Shown here in pieces: positions 44,701 to 63,401 of a DNA stretch of 64,000 nt. Origin of the DNA: the human T2T-CHM13v2.0 reference genome, Homo sapiens; assembly GCF_009914755.1 (NCBI RefSeq), contig NC_060936.1, one strand, 5' to 3'. Under the pieces are notes generated by a model. It saw nothing but the letters and a program-made list of their open reading frames with translations. It did no database searches and was not told the DNA's origin. The stretch's first letter is position 1. Each line of letters starts with the position of its first letter. The position numbers and the translations under genes were made by a program.

Positions 44701-46334
44701 CTGCAAATTGGGAACATAAAAAAATGAGAATAACAAATCACATCAAATCCATGACCCTGTGAAATCCTGGAGAGATGACATTTTAGTATTTTCCCAAACT
44801 TATCTAATCTCAACATTTTTTCCATAAATTTATGGACACACTCTAATCAAAACTAGAATAGATCAGGCTCAGTCTGGTCAGATACCACAGCAAGAGAATC
44901 AATGAATGATGAAACCCACTATTGTGAGAGACTCTTGCAAAACTGGAGAAGCATTTATTACCAATAGAGTATTTAATTTAGCTTGATCTTTTAAGCAAGG
45001 CTCCAGTAAGAAAGTTGTAGAATGTCTACAAAATTCTAGTCAGTTGTAGTATTCAAGCTCATAAACTTTATTTGCTTCCAGAATAGAGCTATGTACACAA
45101 TGCCTTGAGTGGTGATTATTTTGTTCTGCAACCAGTATTCATTGAGAACTTAAGTAATGATCTGATATCATTTAGAGTATAGCATCCATATTTGTTGCTA
45201 GCAGCTTTGGAAACTTACAAGCTTTACAATTTCTACATGTAGTTATAAAACCCCTGCTGTACTTGCAACAATGGCTTCTTTCCCTTTATACTTGTGATTG
45301 TTGAGTAGATATCTGTGTTTTGCAAAAAGAATAATTCTAGATTAGACAAATTAATAATCTACTAGAACAACCCTTAAATCAATCTTTTGTTAAAAGCAAT
45401 AGCAGAATAAGCATAAGTAAACATAGGTAACCGTAAGTAACATTAAATTAAAACCCTTGTAAGAATGAGAGCAAGAAGAAAGTGCAATAGTGAACGTTGA
45501 CATTTGTGAGGATATTTCACAAGTGTAGTTCATGTAAGAGTTGCTATATCATGAGCAGAAAATGTATCATGTCAGTTTTGATATTCTTGAAATACTGAAA
45601 ACAATATAAATCTTCTTCAAAAATATCAACATTTTACACAGTACATGCTACTCATTTATTTCTGTATGCTGTATGCTGTTTGTATAAACTGACTTTCATC
45701 AGAGTTAACAGGGTTTCTTTTTTTTTTTTTCTTCTCCAAGTTCAACGAAAACAGTTTTCTCTCAAAATGTTTGTCACAACCTTTGGACAAACAAAAGCCC
45801 AGAGAGAGAAAAGTAAACATATGTATCCACATATCTATCAATCTTTTGATATTGCAAACCATTTAGACAGGGGAATAAATGTTTAGAAGAGTAGTAGAGG
45901 GACAGAAGCCTTTCACTTTTAGTCCACCTACACAAATCTTACTTCTCAAAAACCTGTTATTTGTTGTGTTTGACTAACAAGAACATGACACTGGAGAAAA
46001 TCGTATCTAGCAAAAAAAAATAATTTTAGCAATTAAAATACATTGATTACATAACTACAGCAATGGACTGTATTTTAAAAATATTTACTATTCCCTTAAG
46101 TCACTCTCCTCATGGACTGAAACAGGTTGGTTAGTTCGCTAAAAATTAAACTGAGGTCAAAGCAAACACTGAGAGCAAGTTAGTAGTCATTTTTTCTCTA
46201 CAAACTGACCTAATCTTGATTAGTTTTGTAATAGTTTCACGTAATTTTTTAGATAGATTTAGTATTTGTGCAATTTTAACAATCTAACGTTGTCTTCATA
46301 GTAGCTATGTATTTGAGTAACTTGCTTTATCATT

Positions 46335-46398
46335 GCGATCTGCATCCACAGATTCAACCATCCACAGATTCAACCAACTCCAAATTGAAAGTGTTCAT
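46335..46398. mobile_element. MER2 (Tigger MITE), left part
   Basis: tctgcatccacagattcaaccaac. Confidence 0.65.
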
Positions 46399-46401
46399 TA
46401 A

Positions 46402-48032
<1,631 letters not shown>

Positions 48033-48037
48033 ATGCA

Positions 48038-48230
48038 TCTAACAACTATTTACATAGAGTTGTATTAGGTATTATAAGTAATCTAGAGATGACTTAATGT
48101 ACATGAGAGGATATGCATAGGTTGTATGCAAATACTACATCATTTCATATAAGGAACTTGAACATTTATGGGTTTTGGTATCTACAGGAGTCTTGGAACC
48201 AATCTTCCGTGGATATAACAGAACAACTAT
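48038..48230. mobile_element. MER2, right part
   Basis: taacaactatttacatag...gtattaggtattataagtaatctagagatg...ttggaaccaatc...gtggata. Confidence 0.85.
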
Positions 48231-48999
48231 ATCTCTATATCTAGATATATATGTCTTGTTTTCAATATAACTAAACTAAATTTTCCCTTTTAAACTTTCT
48301 TCAACTCCTTAATCTTTTATTTTATTGATAATGTCATTCTCTCATAGTATCTCAGGATGAGATCTTCAAGAAATCTTAGTTACATTACATGTCAGTTGGT
48401 CTCCCTACTGTGGGTATATCTCATACTACACCAGCTTGACAAAATACTTGCACCTCCACATAATTCTGATTCTCTCCCTCTTTTCATGGTCTTCACTGTT
48501 CACAAATGTACTCTCAACACCAAAAAGTGATATTATGCTTCTCAATATTATTTTCCTTTCTCCTGAAGCTTTGTTTCCTTATACTGTCCTTCAAATATTC
48601 TATACAACAGTAACATAAGGTTATTTTTCATACTGCCTCACTCTGTCTCCTGTGCCCATATATGCTCTTTTCTTTTTTGGCCTTTTTTTATACAGCTTAG
48701 TTTATTCTTTTGAAAGATACTCTTAGTATAATATATTTCATCTGTTAAAAAATACTACTAGCTAGTGAAAGGGAAAATAAAACATCAACATTATAGCATA
48801 TACTTATTCTGTTTCCCCTGGCAGGAATAACCTAAAAATATTTCTTGATATACTTGTCTGGTTTTTCCACTAGCTTGCAAACTTATTAAGGGAAAAAACC
48901 TTGTAAAAATCCTCTGATAGTTACTTTAGAATAAACCTAAATTTAGAAAAGTGATATGTAATTGTTGAAGAAATAAATGAATTAAAATGAGTTGCCAAG

Positions 49000-50127
49000 A
49001 AACGTGAATAAAATGCTCAACATCACTAATCACTAATCATACACAAGTCAGAATGACTATTATTAAAAAATCAACAGATGTTGGTGAGGATGCAAAGAAA
49101 AAGGAACACTTATACACTGTTAGTGAGAATGTAAATTACTACAACCTCTATGGAAAACAGTATGGAGATTTCTCAAATACTAAAAATAGAACTACCCTCT
49201 GATCTGGAAATCCCACTGCTGGGTAATTACTCATAGGAAAATAAATTATTGTATTAAAAATACACCTGTGCTATTATGTTTATGGCAACACTATTTACAA
49301 TGCAAAGTTATGGAATCAACCTAAGTGTCCATCAGTCGAGAATTAGATAAAATATCACACACACACACACACACATATCCTGGAATACTATTCAGCCATA
49401 AAAATAATAAAATTATGTCTTTTGCAACAACATGAATGGAATTGGAGGCCATTATCTTATAAGAAATAATTTAGAAACTGATTACCAAATACTGCATGTT
49501 CTTACTTATTAGATGGAAATAAACAATGTGTACACATGGATATGGAAAATGGAATAGGAGACATTGGAGATTCTATAAGGTGGGAGGGGGATGGTGGTTA
49601 AAAAATTACCTATTGGGTACAATATTCACTAGTTGTATGATGGATAACGCTACAAGCCCATACTTCAACACTACATAGTACATCCATTGATATGATTTGG
49701 CTATGTGTTCCCACCAGAATCTCAAGCTGAATTCTAATCCCCAGTGTTGAAGGAGGAGTCTTGTGGGAGGTGATTGAATCATGGAGGCAGATTTTTCCCT
49801 TATTCTTCTTGTGGTAATGAATGAGTTCTCATGAGATCTGATTGTTTAAAAGTGTACAGAAACTCCCCTTTCTCTCTCTCTTCCTCCTGCTCCCACCATG
49901 TAAGACACACTTGCTTCCCCTTCGGCTTCTACTGTGATTGTAAGTTTCCTAAGGCTTCCCCAGAAGCAAAAGCCTGTACAGACTGCTGCTATATTAAATA
50001 TAGCTTCTTTATAAATTACCCAGTCTCAGGTATGGTATGTCTTCATATCAACGTGAGAATGAACTAATATGTCCATGTAACAAAACTACACTATACCCTC
50101 TAAATCTACAAAAATAAAATTTAAAAA
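49000..50127 (+). mobile_element. L1PB4/L1MA1-like 3' end, interrupted by an MST LTR
   Basis: aaaatgctcaacatcactaatc; acctctatggaaaacagtatggag; aaattacctattgggtacaat; tccatgtaacaaaactacac. Confidence 0.82.
49688..50071 (+). mobile_element. MSTA/THE1D-like MaLR solo LTR
   Basis: tgatatgatttggct ... taaattacccagtctcaggtat ... actaatatg; perfect 5-bp TSD tccat at 49683-49687 and 50072-50076. Confidence 0.9.
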
Positions 50128-50442
50128 ATTATAATTTTATATAGTACCCAATCATTTTTCAATGGTATTTATTTGTGAAATAAAAAAATAGTACACATTC
50201 AAATTTTTTAAATTAAAAAATAGATATAAATATAATGAAGTGATGTTTGCTTCTGGAGAAAGTGCTATAACATAGGGTGAATGTATCCTCCTACTTGAAA
50301 CAAATAGACATCTGGACAAAATACTTGAAATAATTGTTTTTGCATATTGAAACAAAAGGCTGCACAGGACACTGATTCCTGAGAGAGTGGAAATAAAAGA
50401 GATGAACTCTATGAGTGACCACAACTTACTATATTGAGAGTA

Positions 50443-51199
50443 TAGATGGTTCCTGAATTATAATGTTTGCTTTTTTGTTTGTTTGATCGGTTGGCTGGTT
50501 GGTTGGTTTTGAGATAGAGTCTCACTCTGTTGCCCAGGCTGGAGTGCAGTGGCATGATCAAAGCTCACTGCATCCTTGATTTCTTGGACTCATGTGATCC
50601 TCCCACTTCAGCCTCCTGAGTAGCTGGGACTACAGGTGCACACCACCATGGCTGGCTAATTTTTTATAGTTTTGTACAGACAGGTCTCACTATGTTGTCC
50701 AGGCTGCTCTTGAACTCCTGGGCTCAAGTGATCCTCCTACCTCAGTCTCCAAAAATATGAGGATTCCAGGCATGAGCCACTGTGCCCAGCTGCAACTAAG
50801 TTGACTTAACAATTTTTCAACTTTGCAGTGATGGAAAAGCCATATGCATTTTAGAAACCACATTTTAAATTTTGAATTTTGATTTTTTCTCAGGCTGGTG
50901 ATATGCAGTATGATACTTTCTTGCAATGTTTGGCAGTGGTGGCAGGATGCAGCTCACAGTCAGCCATGTGATTATAAAGGTAAACAACTAATACTCTACA
51001 GATTCTAAAGTGTACTGTGTTGCCATGTGATTTTACTCAACTGTAGGCTAATGTAAGTGTTCTGTATGCTTTTAAGGTAGGCTAGGCTTAGCTGCAATGT
51101 TTGGTAGTTTAGGTGTATTGAATACATTTTTATTTTACATTATCAACTTATGAGTGGTTTATTGTGACGTAATTTTATTGGTAAATGGGGAAGTATCTG
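50443..51199 (-). mobile_element. MER47/Tigger5-like DNA transposon containing an AluJ
   Basis: Ends (t)agatgg ... tatctg flanked by TA; ttaaggtaggctaggcttagct...gtttggtagtttaggtgtatt. Confidence 0.75.
50466..50790 (-). mobile_element. AluJ
   Basis: Antisense dimer with J-type aactcctgggctcaagtgatcctcc; (TTGG/TTTG)n tail. Confidence 0.9.
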
Positions 51200-52649
51200 T
51201 ATATACACACCAACATTCAGGGAAAGTGAAATAAGGCGAAGACATGGACTAAGGTTAAGAGATCAATGCAGGAATCCAAGGAGTATAGGCAGCAAAAGTC
51301 TTCAGGAAAGAGTACTAGTGATGATAAGCCTGTATAGAGAGCTCTGTATTCAAGCAGAGGATTTCCTCAAGTCACTACTAATTTCAGAGTAACCCATCTA
51401 TTTGAGGAAACTACACTAGGTCATAGAAAGTCTCATGTGAAATATTTAGAGTGAAAAAAACCTAAGAGTTCACACAGGTCTAGAAATAATTTATTTGCCA
51501 TTAATAATAATATTTAAAAAATGGTAATTGAGGGAGCACCAGGTAAAACACTAACAAATATTATGCCTCAGTAGTGTGACAAAATTAGCCCATGACTAAA
51601 AGCTGTACCAGCACCATGTAACAAACCTTAAAAGCAAGACTCACAATAATAAAAGTGTTTAAAATAATTTAACAATATTCTGGGACAAAGCTCAAGAATA
51701 TTAATGAGAATACAAAACATGTAGCATAAACAAGTTTAAAAAATTACAATATCTTGCACCCAATAAAATATTTCTAGAAATTCAAGAAAGCAATAAAATG
51801 CAACTATAACGAGAAGAAAAATTAATAGAAACAAATCTAAAAATGACAGGAATGAGAGAATTAGTAGACAAGTATATTAAACCAGCTATTATTATTATAT
51901 TTCACTTCATCAAAAACTGACAGAAAAGAGTGAGAAAATTAAACATAAACAAGAAAGCTATAAAAAACAAAACTCCCAGAGCCAAAACTACAATGTCTCA
52001 AGTGAAAACTACTTTTGATAGGATTAACAACAAATTAGACACTTCAGAACAAAAGATTAGTGAACCTGGTTCATAGAAACAAAAGTTATGAAGCAGAGCA
52101 TTAGTGAACTCCATGGAACAGCTTCAATTGGCCTAATAATTGTGTAGAGTCTCTGAAGAAGGGGAAAGCAGAAAAATACATATACTTGAGAAAACAACCA
52201 AACCTGTTCAAAATTAATAAAAACATGAATATAAACATCATAGATCAGGACCAAGAATATGGATATGCAGTAATCTAAGCCAGAGTTTCTATTTCTGCTA
52301 TGCAATGTCTTTGTTTAGGAAAATTACTAGAATTTCCTACATTTTCTAAGATCCAAAACAAACTCAAGCATAGGTAACATAAAGAATAGTAACTAACAAC
52401 AGGTCCATCTGACTTAAAACGGGTTATATTTACAGTAAGCATTAAAAGTTATCAGTTTTTTTTAAAATGTATCAATGAACAAAGATATAAATGACAGCAG
52501 ACTTCTTGATGGAAACAATGCAAGTTGAAAAGACAATGGGCCAATATTTTAAAGAACTGACAGAAAACTACTAGTATTAATTTTTTTAAGAATTTCATCT
52601 AGAATTCTATATCAAGTCAAAAATATCTTTCAAAAATACATATGGACAT

Positions 52650-55105
52650 AAATGCTTCCACAATGACAGAATATGATCATCTGAAAATTTGTTTGTCCAT
52701 AAAAGCAAAAAGAACATTGGCAAAATTGTTAAAAGCCAGCTATTTCAGAACTCTAAAAGTTAACACCAGTCTGAGAACAATGTATGAAACATTTGTCAAA
52801 CAAAATTAGATTAATATATTTAGGAAGATTGAGCTTTGTGGTGTTTTAATTTAGCCCATCTCCATCCATTTCTCCCCAGCTATGTGAAACATTGAAAATC
52901 AGCAGTCTTTCAATCATTGTAGCTTTGAATACAAGCAACCTAGCAGAAAATGGAGGCATCCAAATAAGATTCAAGTTCTACTAAAATTCTTGTCACCAGA
53001 GAATTTTCACTATTTGACCTGTCTGTTAGCTCCCTACAAATGTCCCATTTATGACTTCACTCAGAGCTCACTCAGGGTAAACACCACCAGACATATGTTG
53101 GTGTTTGGACATATGTCATATATAAGTTGAAAATAATTAGTGGTAATTATTTAAAATGGCAGTTATCTGGGGGCAGTGATACCAACTGAGGCAAGGGCCT
53201 ACCCACAAATTTAAAACTACATTTTACAAAATGAGATGTCCACAGGGGACTCTGAGTACCCCAACATATACAAGGGAATCTAAAGTTGACACATACAGGG
53301 AGCATTGTGTGTACCCAGAAAAATAACCTGAGAAGCACTGTTCTCTCAATTCTGGTTGATCCTGAGGTTTTTCACAAGCAGGAAGTAATGGTTAAGGCAG
53401 AATTGTAAACTGCCCAAGTATTGAAAACTTGCCCCAACATACAAACAGAGACCCTTAACAGAGAATGAGAGACTTATTGGCTTAAAGCATTTAAGAGAAT
53501 CTTTATTGAATCATTAGCTGACCACTAACCTAATGAAGTGGAAACGTCAATGGTCACAGACAACATAAAACAGTGACTTTAAGAAATTAGGCCATGAAAG
53601 TCCCTACACAATCAAACAGCAGCAGCAAAAGCAAAGATAGCAACAAAATAAATCCTGGACAGTGGAGGAAGAAGGGGAAGGGAGGAATCTTTAGTTTCCC
53701 CACATAGAGGTGCCACATTATATTATTTTAAATGTGCAGTTTTCAGCAGCAACAACAATCATAAGAAAAGCACAGACAGAGAAAGGTATGGTCTATGTAT
53801 GGGAAAAAAAGCACTCAATAAAAGTTGTCCATTAAGAAAGACAAATGTTGGGTTAATTTTTAGAATAATGTAAATCAGCTATTATAAATATTTTTTATTT
53901 TTATAAAATAAAAAATTTTGGTTCCATGTCTCCACACCCAAATCTCATCTCAAATTGTAATCCTGATAATCCCCACGTGTCCAGGGAGGGATCTGGTGGG
54001 AGGTGACTGGATCATGAGGGCGGTTTTCCCCATGCTGGTCTCGTGATAGTGAGTGAGTTCTCATGAGAGCTAATTATAAAGGGCTCTTCAAAAGGGGCCC
54101 TTTATAAGGGGATTTTAATGGGCTATTCATAAGTGGCTCTTTTTAGGGGGCTTTTTAAAGGGGCTCTTCCCTCTTTGCTCTCTCTGCTCTCTCTCCTGCC
54201 ACCTTGTGAAGAAGGTGCCTGGTTCCTTTCCACCATAATTGCAGGTTTCCTGAAGCATCCCTAGCCGTGCAGAACTGTAAGTCAATTAAACCTCCTTTGC
54301 TTATAAATTACCCAGTCTTGAGTAGTATTTTTATTGCAGTGTGACAATGGACTAATACACTAGGTATAAAGAATTATAGGAATATATGAGAACAATATTG
54401 TGCACATTGGAAAATATCAATAGAGATATAGAAGTTATTAAAAACAATAAAGTAAAAATGTTGGATTTGAAAAGGAACATAACAGAAACTAAAAATTCAC
54501 TAGAGGGGATCAACAATAGCTATGAGCTGGTAGAAGAAAGAATCAGCAAACCCTAAGATAGGTCAGTTGAGATGAAATCAAAGGAACATAAGAAAATGAA
54601 TAAAGAGAATGAACACATCCTCAGAGACCTCTGGGGCACTGGAAAGCATACTAACAGATATATTGGGAGTCCTGTAAGAAGACTAGTAAGAATTACTCTA
54701 AGTTGACTATAGTAAGTTAATATGTATTTTATAAGTCCTAAAACAAACACTAGAAATAAAACAATGAATTATATCTACTGAGAAATAGGAAAAGTAAAAT
54801 GGAAATGGAATTATATAAATAATCCTCAATCTAAAAATGGATAAAAATAGAAAAGAAATCAGAAACATATAAAATTAATAGAAACATAGTAAATATATCC
54901 ATACAATAATGACATTAAATGTAAATGGACCAAATGTCTCAATTAAGAGGCAGAGAATGTTAGACAGAATAAAAAACCAAGACCCACCTATATGCTGCCT
55001 TCAAGAAACATACTTTAAACCTAAAAATATGAATAATTAAAAACAAAAGGATGAAAAGGATGCAAATGTGAATTAAAAGAATGGGGAAGTGGCTATATTA
55101 ATGCA
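52650..55105 (+). mobile_element. Second ancient L1M (L1MC/MD-like) 5'UTR, ORF1 and ORF2 start, interrupted by THE1
   Basis: aaattcactagagggg...gaagaaagaatcagcaaac; ORF2 start acattaaatgtaaatggac...gacccacctatatgctg. Confidence 0.65.
53917..54359 (+). mobile_element. THE1C/D-like MaLR LTR with internal micro-expansion
   Basis: cccaaatctcatctcaaattgtaatcc ... taaattacccagtc ... ggactaataca; first bases of the LTR not recognisable. Confidence 0.88.
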
Positions 55106-55757
55106 AGCCAGGCTCTATGCTAGATAAAGTTTTGAATTAAAATTTTTACACAATTCTTGCTGTGAAGAAGATTTGAATTAAAATTTTTACACAATTCCTG
55201 CTGTGAAGAAGATTTTTTTTCTAGCTAGGAATATAAAAATTGAGTAAGTACACAGGAGTCATACACAAAAGAGATGACTCTAATCAATGTGTGCATATAA
55301 AACAAATGACCTAATTCTCTTCCTGAACTGTCTGAAATTTAAAACAAACAGTAGAATCTTATTTTAAAGTACTTTTCTGGATAAAATAATTATAACCGAG
55401 CGGATGAAATAAAATTGAGCAAAGTACTTTTTACTCTCTCCAAATCAGACAACCTTAATATGTTCTGATTTTATTAAACAACTTATGCTGTTGTAGTTGT
55501 GGTTGTTTTTAAACTATTAAAGAGAAAGTTACTCTATAAGGCAGTACAGATTAAGATAAAAGAGAATGGATCTGAAGTAATCCAAGCCAGAATATGAATT
55601 TCTGCTATAAAATGTATTTATTTAGGCAAATTTTTGAAACTTTCCATTATTTTCTAGTGTTATTATTAAGATTATGGATACTAAATAACTAGCAAAGTAC
55701 TTGAGACACATTACTAAATAAATGGTAATAGAATTATTCCCTAAAACATTGGAAATT

Positions 55758-56795
55758 GTTCTGTTCCAAGGTGGCAGAATAGGAATAGCTCTAGTCTGCA
55801 GCTCCCAGTGTGATTGACACAGAAGACAGGTGATTTCTGCATTTCCAACTGAGGTACCTGGTTCAACTCATTAGGACTGGTTGGACAGTGGGTGCAACCC
55901 ACAGAGGGTGAGCCAAAGCAGGGTGGGTCATCACCTCACCTGGGAAGTGCAAGGGGTTGGGGGATTTCCCTTTCCTAGCCAAGGGAAGCCGTGACAGGCT
56001 GTACCAGGAATATCGGGACACTGCCACCTAAATACTGCACTTTTCCAATGGTCTTAGCAAATGGGACAGCAGGAGATTATATCCCATGCCTGGCTCAGCT
56101 GGTCCCATGCCCACAGAGCCTTGCTCACTTGCTAGCTCAGCAGTCCAAGATCGAACTGCCAAGCAGCAAGCCTGGCTGGGGGAGGGGCATCCACCATTGC
56201 TGAGGCTTGAGTAGGCAAACAAGGTGACCAGGAATCTTGAACTCGGTGGAGCCCACCACAGCTCAGCGAGGCTCACCTGCCTCTGTAGACTCCACCTCTG
56301 GGGGCAGGGCATAGCTGAACAAAGGCAGTAGAAACTTCTGCAGACTTAAACATCCCTCTCTGACAGCTCTGAAGAGAGCAGTGGTTCTTGCAGCATGGTG
56401 TTTGAGCTCTGAGAATGGATAGACTGCCTCCTCAAGTGGGACCCTGACCCCGTGTAGCCTAACTTGGAGACACCTCCAAGTAAGGGCTGACTGACACTTC
56501 ATACAGCTGGGTGCCCCTCTGAGATGAAGCATCCAGAGGAAGGATCAGGCAGCAATATTTGCTGTTCTGCAATATTTGCTGTTCTGCAGCCTCTGCTGGT
56601 GATACCCAGGCAAACAGCATCTGGAGTGGAGCTCCAGCAAACTCCAACAGACTTGCAGCTGAGGGACCTGACTGTTAGGAGGAAAACTATCAAACAGAAA
56701 GGAATACCACTAACATCAACAAAAAGGACATTCACACCAAAACCCCATCTGTAGGTCATGATCATCAAAGACCAAAGGTAGATAAAACCACACAG
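55758..56795 (+). promoter_or_regulatory. L1 5'UTR (internal sense/antisense promoter region), CpG-depleted
   Basis: Lies upstream of the ORF1 ATG at 56796; the YY1-site consensus caagatggc reads caaggtggc; retains the segment (~56514-56642) that L1HS lacks. Confidence 0.75.
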
Positions 56796-57823
56796 ATGGG
56801 GAGAAACAAGAGCAGAAAAGCTGAAAATTCTAAAAACCAGAGTGCGCCTTCTCCTCCAAAGGATTGCAGCTCCTTGCCAGCAATGGAACAAAGCTGGATG
56901 GAGAATGACTTTGAGGAGTTGACAGAAGTAGGCTTCAGAAAGTCAGTAATAACAAACTTCCCTGAGCTAAAGGAGGATGTTCAAACCCATCACAAGGAAG
57001 CTAAAAACCTTGAAAAAAGATTAGATGTATGGCAAACTAGAATAAACAGTGTAGAGAAGACGTTAAATGACATGATGGAGCTGAAAACCATGGCAGGAGA
57101 ACTATGTGACACATGCACAAGCTTCAGTAGCTGATTCGATCAAGTGGAAGAAAGGGTATCAGTGATTGAAGATCAAATGAATGAAATGAAGCTAGAAGAG
57201 AAGTTTAGAGGAAAAAAGAGTAAAAAGAAACAAACAAAGCCTCCAAGAAATATGGGACTATGTGAAAAGACCGAATCTACATTTGATTGGTGTACCTGAA
57301 AGTGACGGGGAGAATGGAACTAAGCTGGAAAACACTCTTCAGTATATTATCCGGGAGAACTTCCCCAACCTAGCAAGTCAGGCCACATTCAAATTCAGGA
57401 AATACAGAGAACACCACAAAGATACTCCTCGAGAAGAGCAACCCCAAGACACATAATTGTCAGATTAACCAAGGTTGAAATGAAGGAAAACAAATGTTAA
57501 GGGTAGTCAGAGAGAAAGGTCGGGTTACACACAAAGGGAAGCCCATCAGACTAATAGCAGATCTGTCGGCAGAAACTCTACAGGTCAGAAGAGAGTGAGA
57601 GCCAATATTCAACATTCCTAAAGAAAATAATTTTCAACCCAGAATTTCATATACACCCAAACTAAGCTTCATAAGTGAAGGAGAAATAAAATCCTTTACA
57701 GACAAGCAAATGCTGAGAGGTTTTGTCACCACCAGGCCCGCCTTACAAGAGCTACTGAAGGAAGCACTAAACACGGAAAGGAAAAACCAGTGCAAGCCAC
57801 TGCAAAAACATGCCAAATTGTAA
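56796..57823 (+). pseudogene. L1 ORF1, disrupted
   Basis: MGRNKSRKAENSKNQSA...; premature TGA at 57132-57134; later fragment KRPNLHLIGVPESDGENGTKLENTLQ; frameshifts. Confidence 0.92.
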
Positions 57824-57886
57824 ACACCATTGACGCTAGGAAGAAACTGCATCAACTAAAGGGCAAAATAACCAGCTAACATCATA

Positions 57887-61720
<3,834 letters not shown>

Positions 61721-63264
61721 ACAATGAGAACAGTTGGACACAGGGTGTGGAACATCACACACTGGGGCCTGTTGTGGGGTGGGGGGATGGGGGAGGGATA
61801 ACATTAGGAGAAATACCTAATGTAAATGATGAGTTAATGGGTGCAGCAAACCAACATGGCACATGTATACATGTGTAACAAACCTGCATGTTGTGCAAAT
61901 GTACACTAGAATTTAAAGTATAATAAAAAAATTGGAAATTTGTGTGGGAGAAATAACTATTGGGATTTAATGTCAAAGGTACAATATTTACACATAAAAA
62001 GTTTTATTATGGGTACTATATTGCATAGCATAAGTGTGTTTTCTTATTTTATACATATATACCAAATATATATTATATATTTGAAGGGATAATGTGTATA
62101 TTATAGATCACATTTTATATTCTGCCACATACGACCATAATTGAAGTAATAAATACCTTTAAAATAACCGATTATTGCAAGTTTTAAGGCAGGAAGTCTG
62201 AGAACATAATAGAAGATTAGAGATAAAATATGCACTTATTTCCATTCTAATCTATATTATTGTTTTAAAATATTTTTAGATGTATGTGACAAAGATATTC
62301 TAATATTACCTAATTATAAAACACATAATTAGGCTGTATTTACTATCATTTTTGTCATTTAGGTATCAAAGGTCATTTAAGAATTTGTCATGAGAAACTG
62401 CCTTTTGTTTTTAGACTTACAGTAATGCTTAAATATTATTTCCCCAACATCTTCTATATCTCAAACTTGGTGGCATACTTTGCAGGCCATAGTAAGAGAC
62501 TGTGACAACCATCCTTTCCAATACTCATTACTAAGAAAATAATACAATTTAATCTGACTATACCTATTAGGATGCAAAAAATGCCAGTAATCTCAAAAAT
62601 AATTAGATGCAATAAATTATGGCAAAATCCCTAACATTTCAGCTTTGCAGTTGTAGAAAAATGTGCCAGTTCAGTTGCATTTAAAATATTTAATTTGATC
62701 CCTAAAACTGAAATAGTTGTTGCCATTCTTATTGCACTTACGGTAAAATGTTTGCTTTATGTAAAACCTAATGGGTAAACTAGACGATAAGATTTAATCA
62801 TATTTTGTTTTTTAGCCATAATTCTAGGAGTTCATCTGAGAAACTCAGGGATGAAATGAGATTCTTAGATCATTAAGTTACCTCCTCCATACTTGTATAT
62901 GAATTGTGTAAATTACTTTATTTTGCTCGAGTTTTTTTTTTATTATCGCAATGGGCAACAGGTGAAACATAAATACACCTTCCCATGGGTGTTTCTAACT
63001 CTGATGTGAAGAAATCAACGGGGAAACAGAAACATGCTCTGGTTAATATAATTAAATGGAGCTTATTGTAAGTATATACTGAAGATATGAGGATATAAAA
63101 ATTAAAACTTTCCCAACAGGTTTGTTGAAATTTAGAAAATAATTCACAGTCAATTAGAGGACATACAGATTAGTAGACTAAAAGCAGTTCTGATTATTTA
63201 ACAGTGAATTTTCTAATTTTCTATACTTGAAATCATGACTGCAGAAAGTCATTGCCTTTTAATC

Positions 63265-63400
63265 TGCCAGGTGTTACCTGGATTCAGATACTAGTTCAAA
63301 GATTTACCAATTGTGTAAACTTCATGAGGTTATTTAATCCATCTATACTTCAGTTACCACATTTAGAATAACAGGACTGAATTTATGGAGTTGTTTTAAG
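63265..63400 (+). mobile_element. MIR remnant
   Basis: cctggattcagatactagttc...atttaccaattgtgt...ttatttaatccatctatacttcagtt. Confidence 0.55.
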
Positions 63401-63401
63401 G

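Larger units (their letters stand above)
50245..52640 (+). mobile_element. Ancient L1M 5' region/ORF1 remnant, interrupted by MER47 and Alu
   Basis: ORF1-like aacaacaaattagacacttcagaacaaaagattagtgaacc; atgacagcagacttcttgatggaaacaatgcaag; ctagaattctatatc. Confidence 0.6.

Noticed and set aside
53890-53916. AT-only hairpin at the start of the THE1 LTR
   Set aside because: Composed only of A/T runs; likely by chance at this base composition
56552-56587. 17-bp tandem duplication gcaatatttgctgttct in the L1 5'UTR
   Set aside because: I recall this doublet in L1PA4-6 consensus sequences, so it is probably not locus-specific
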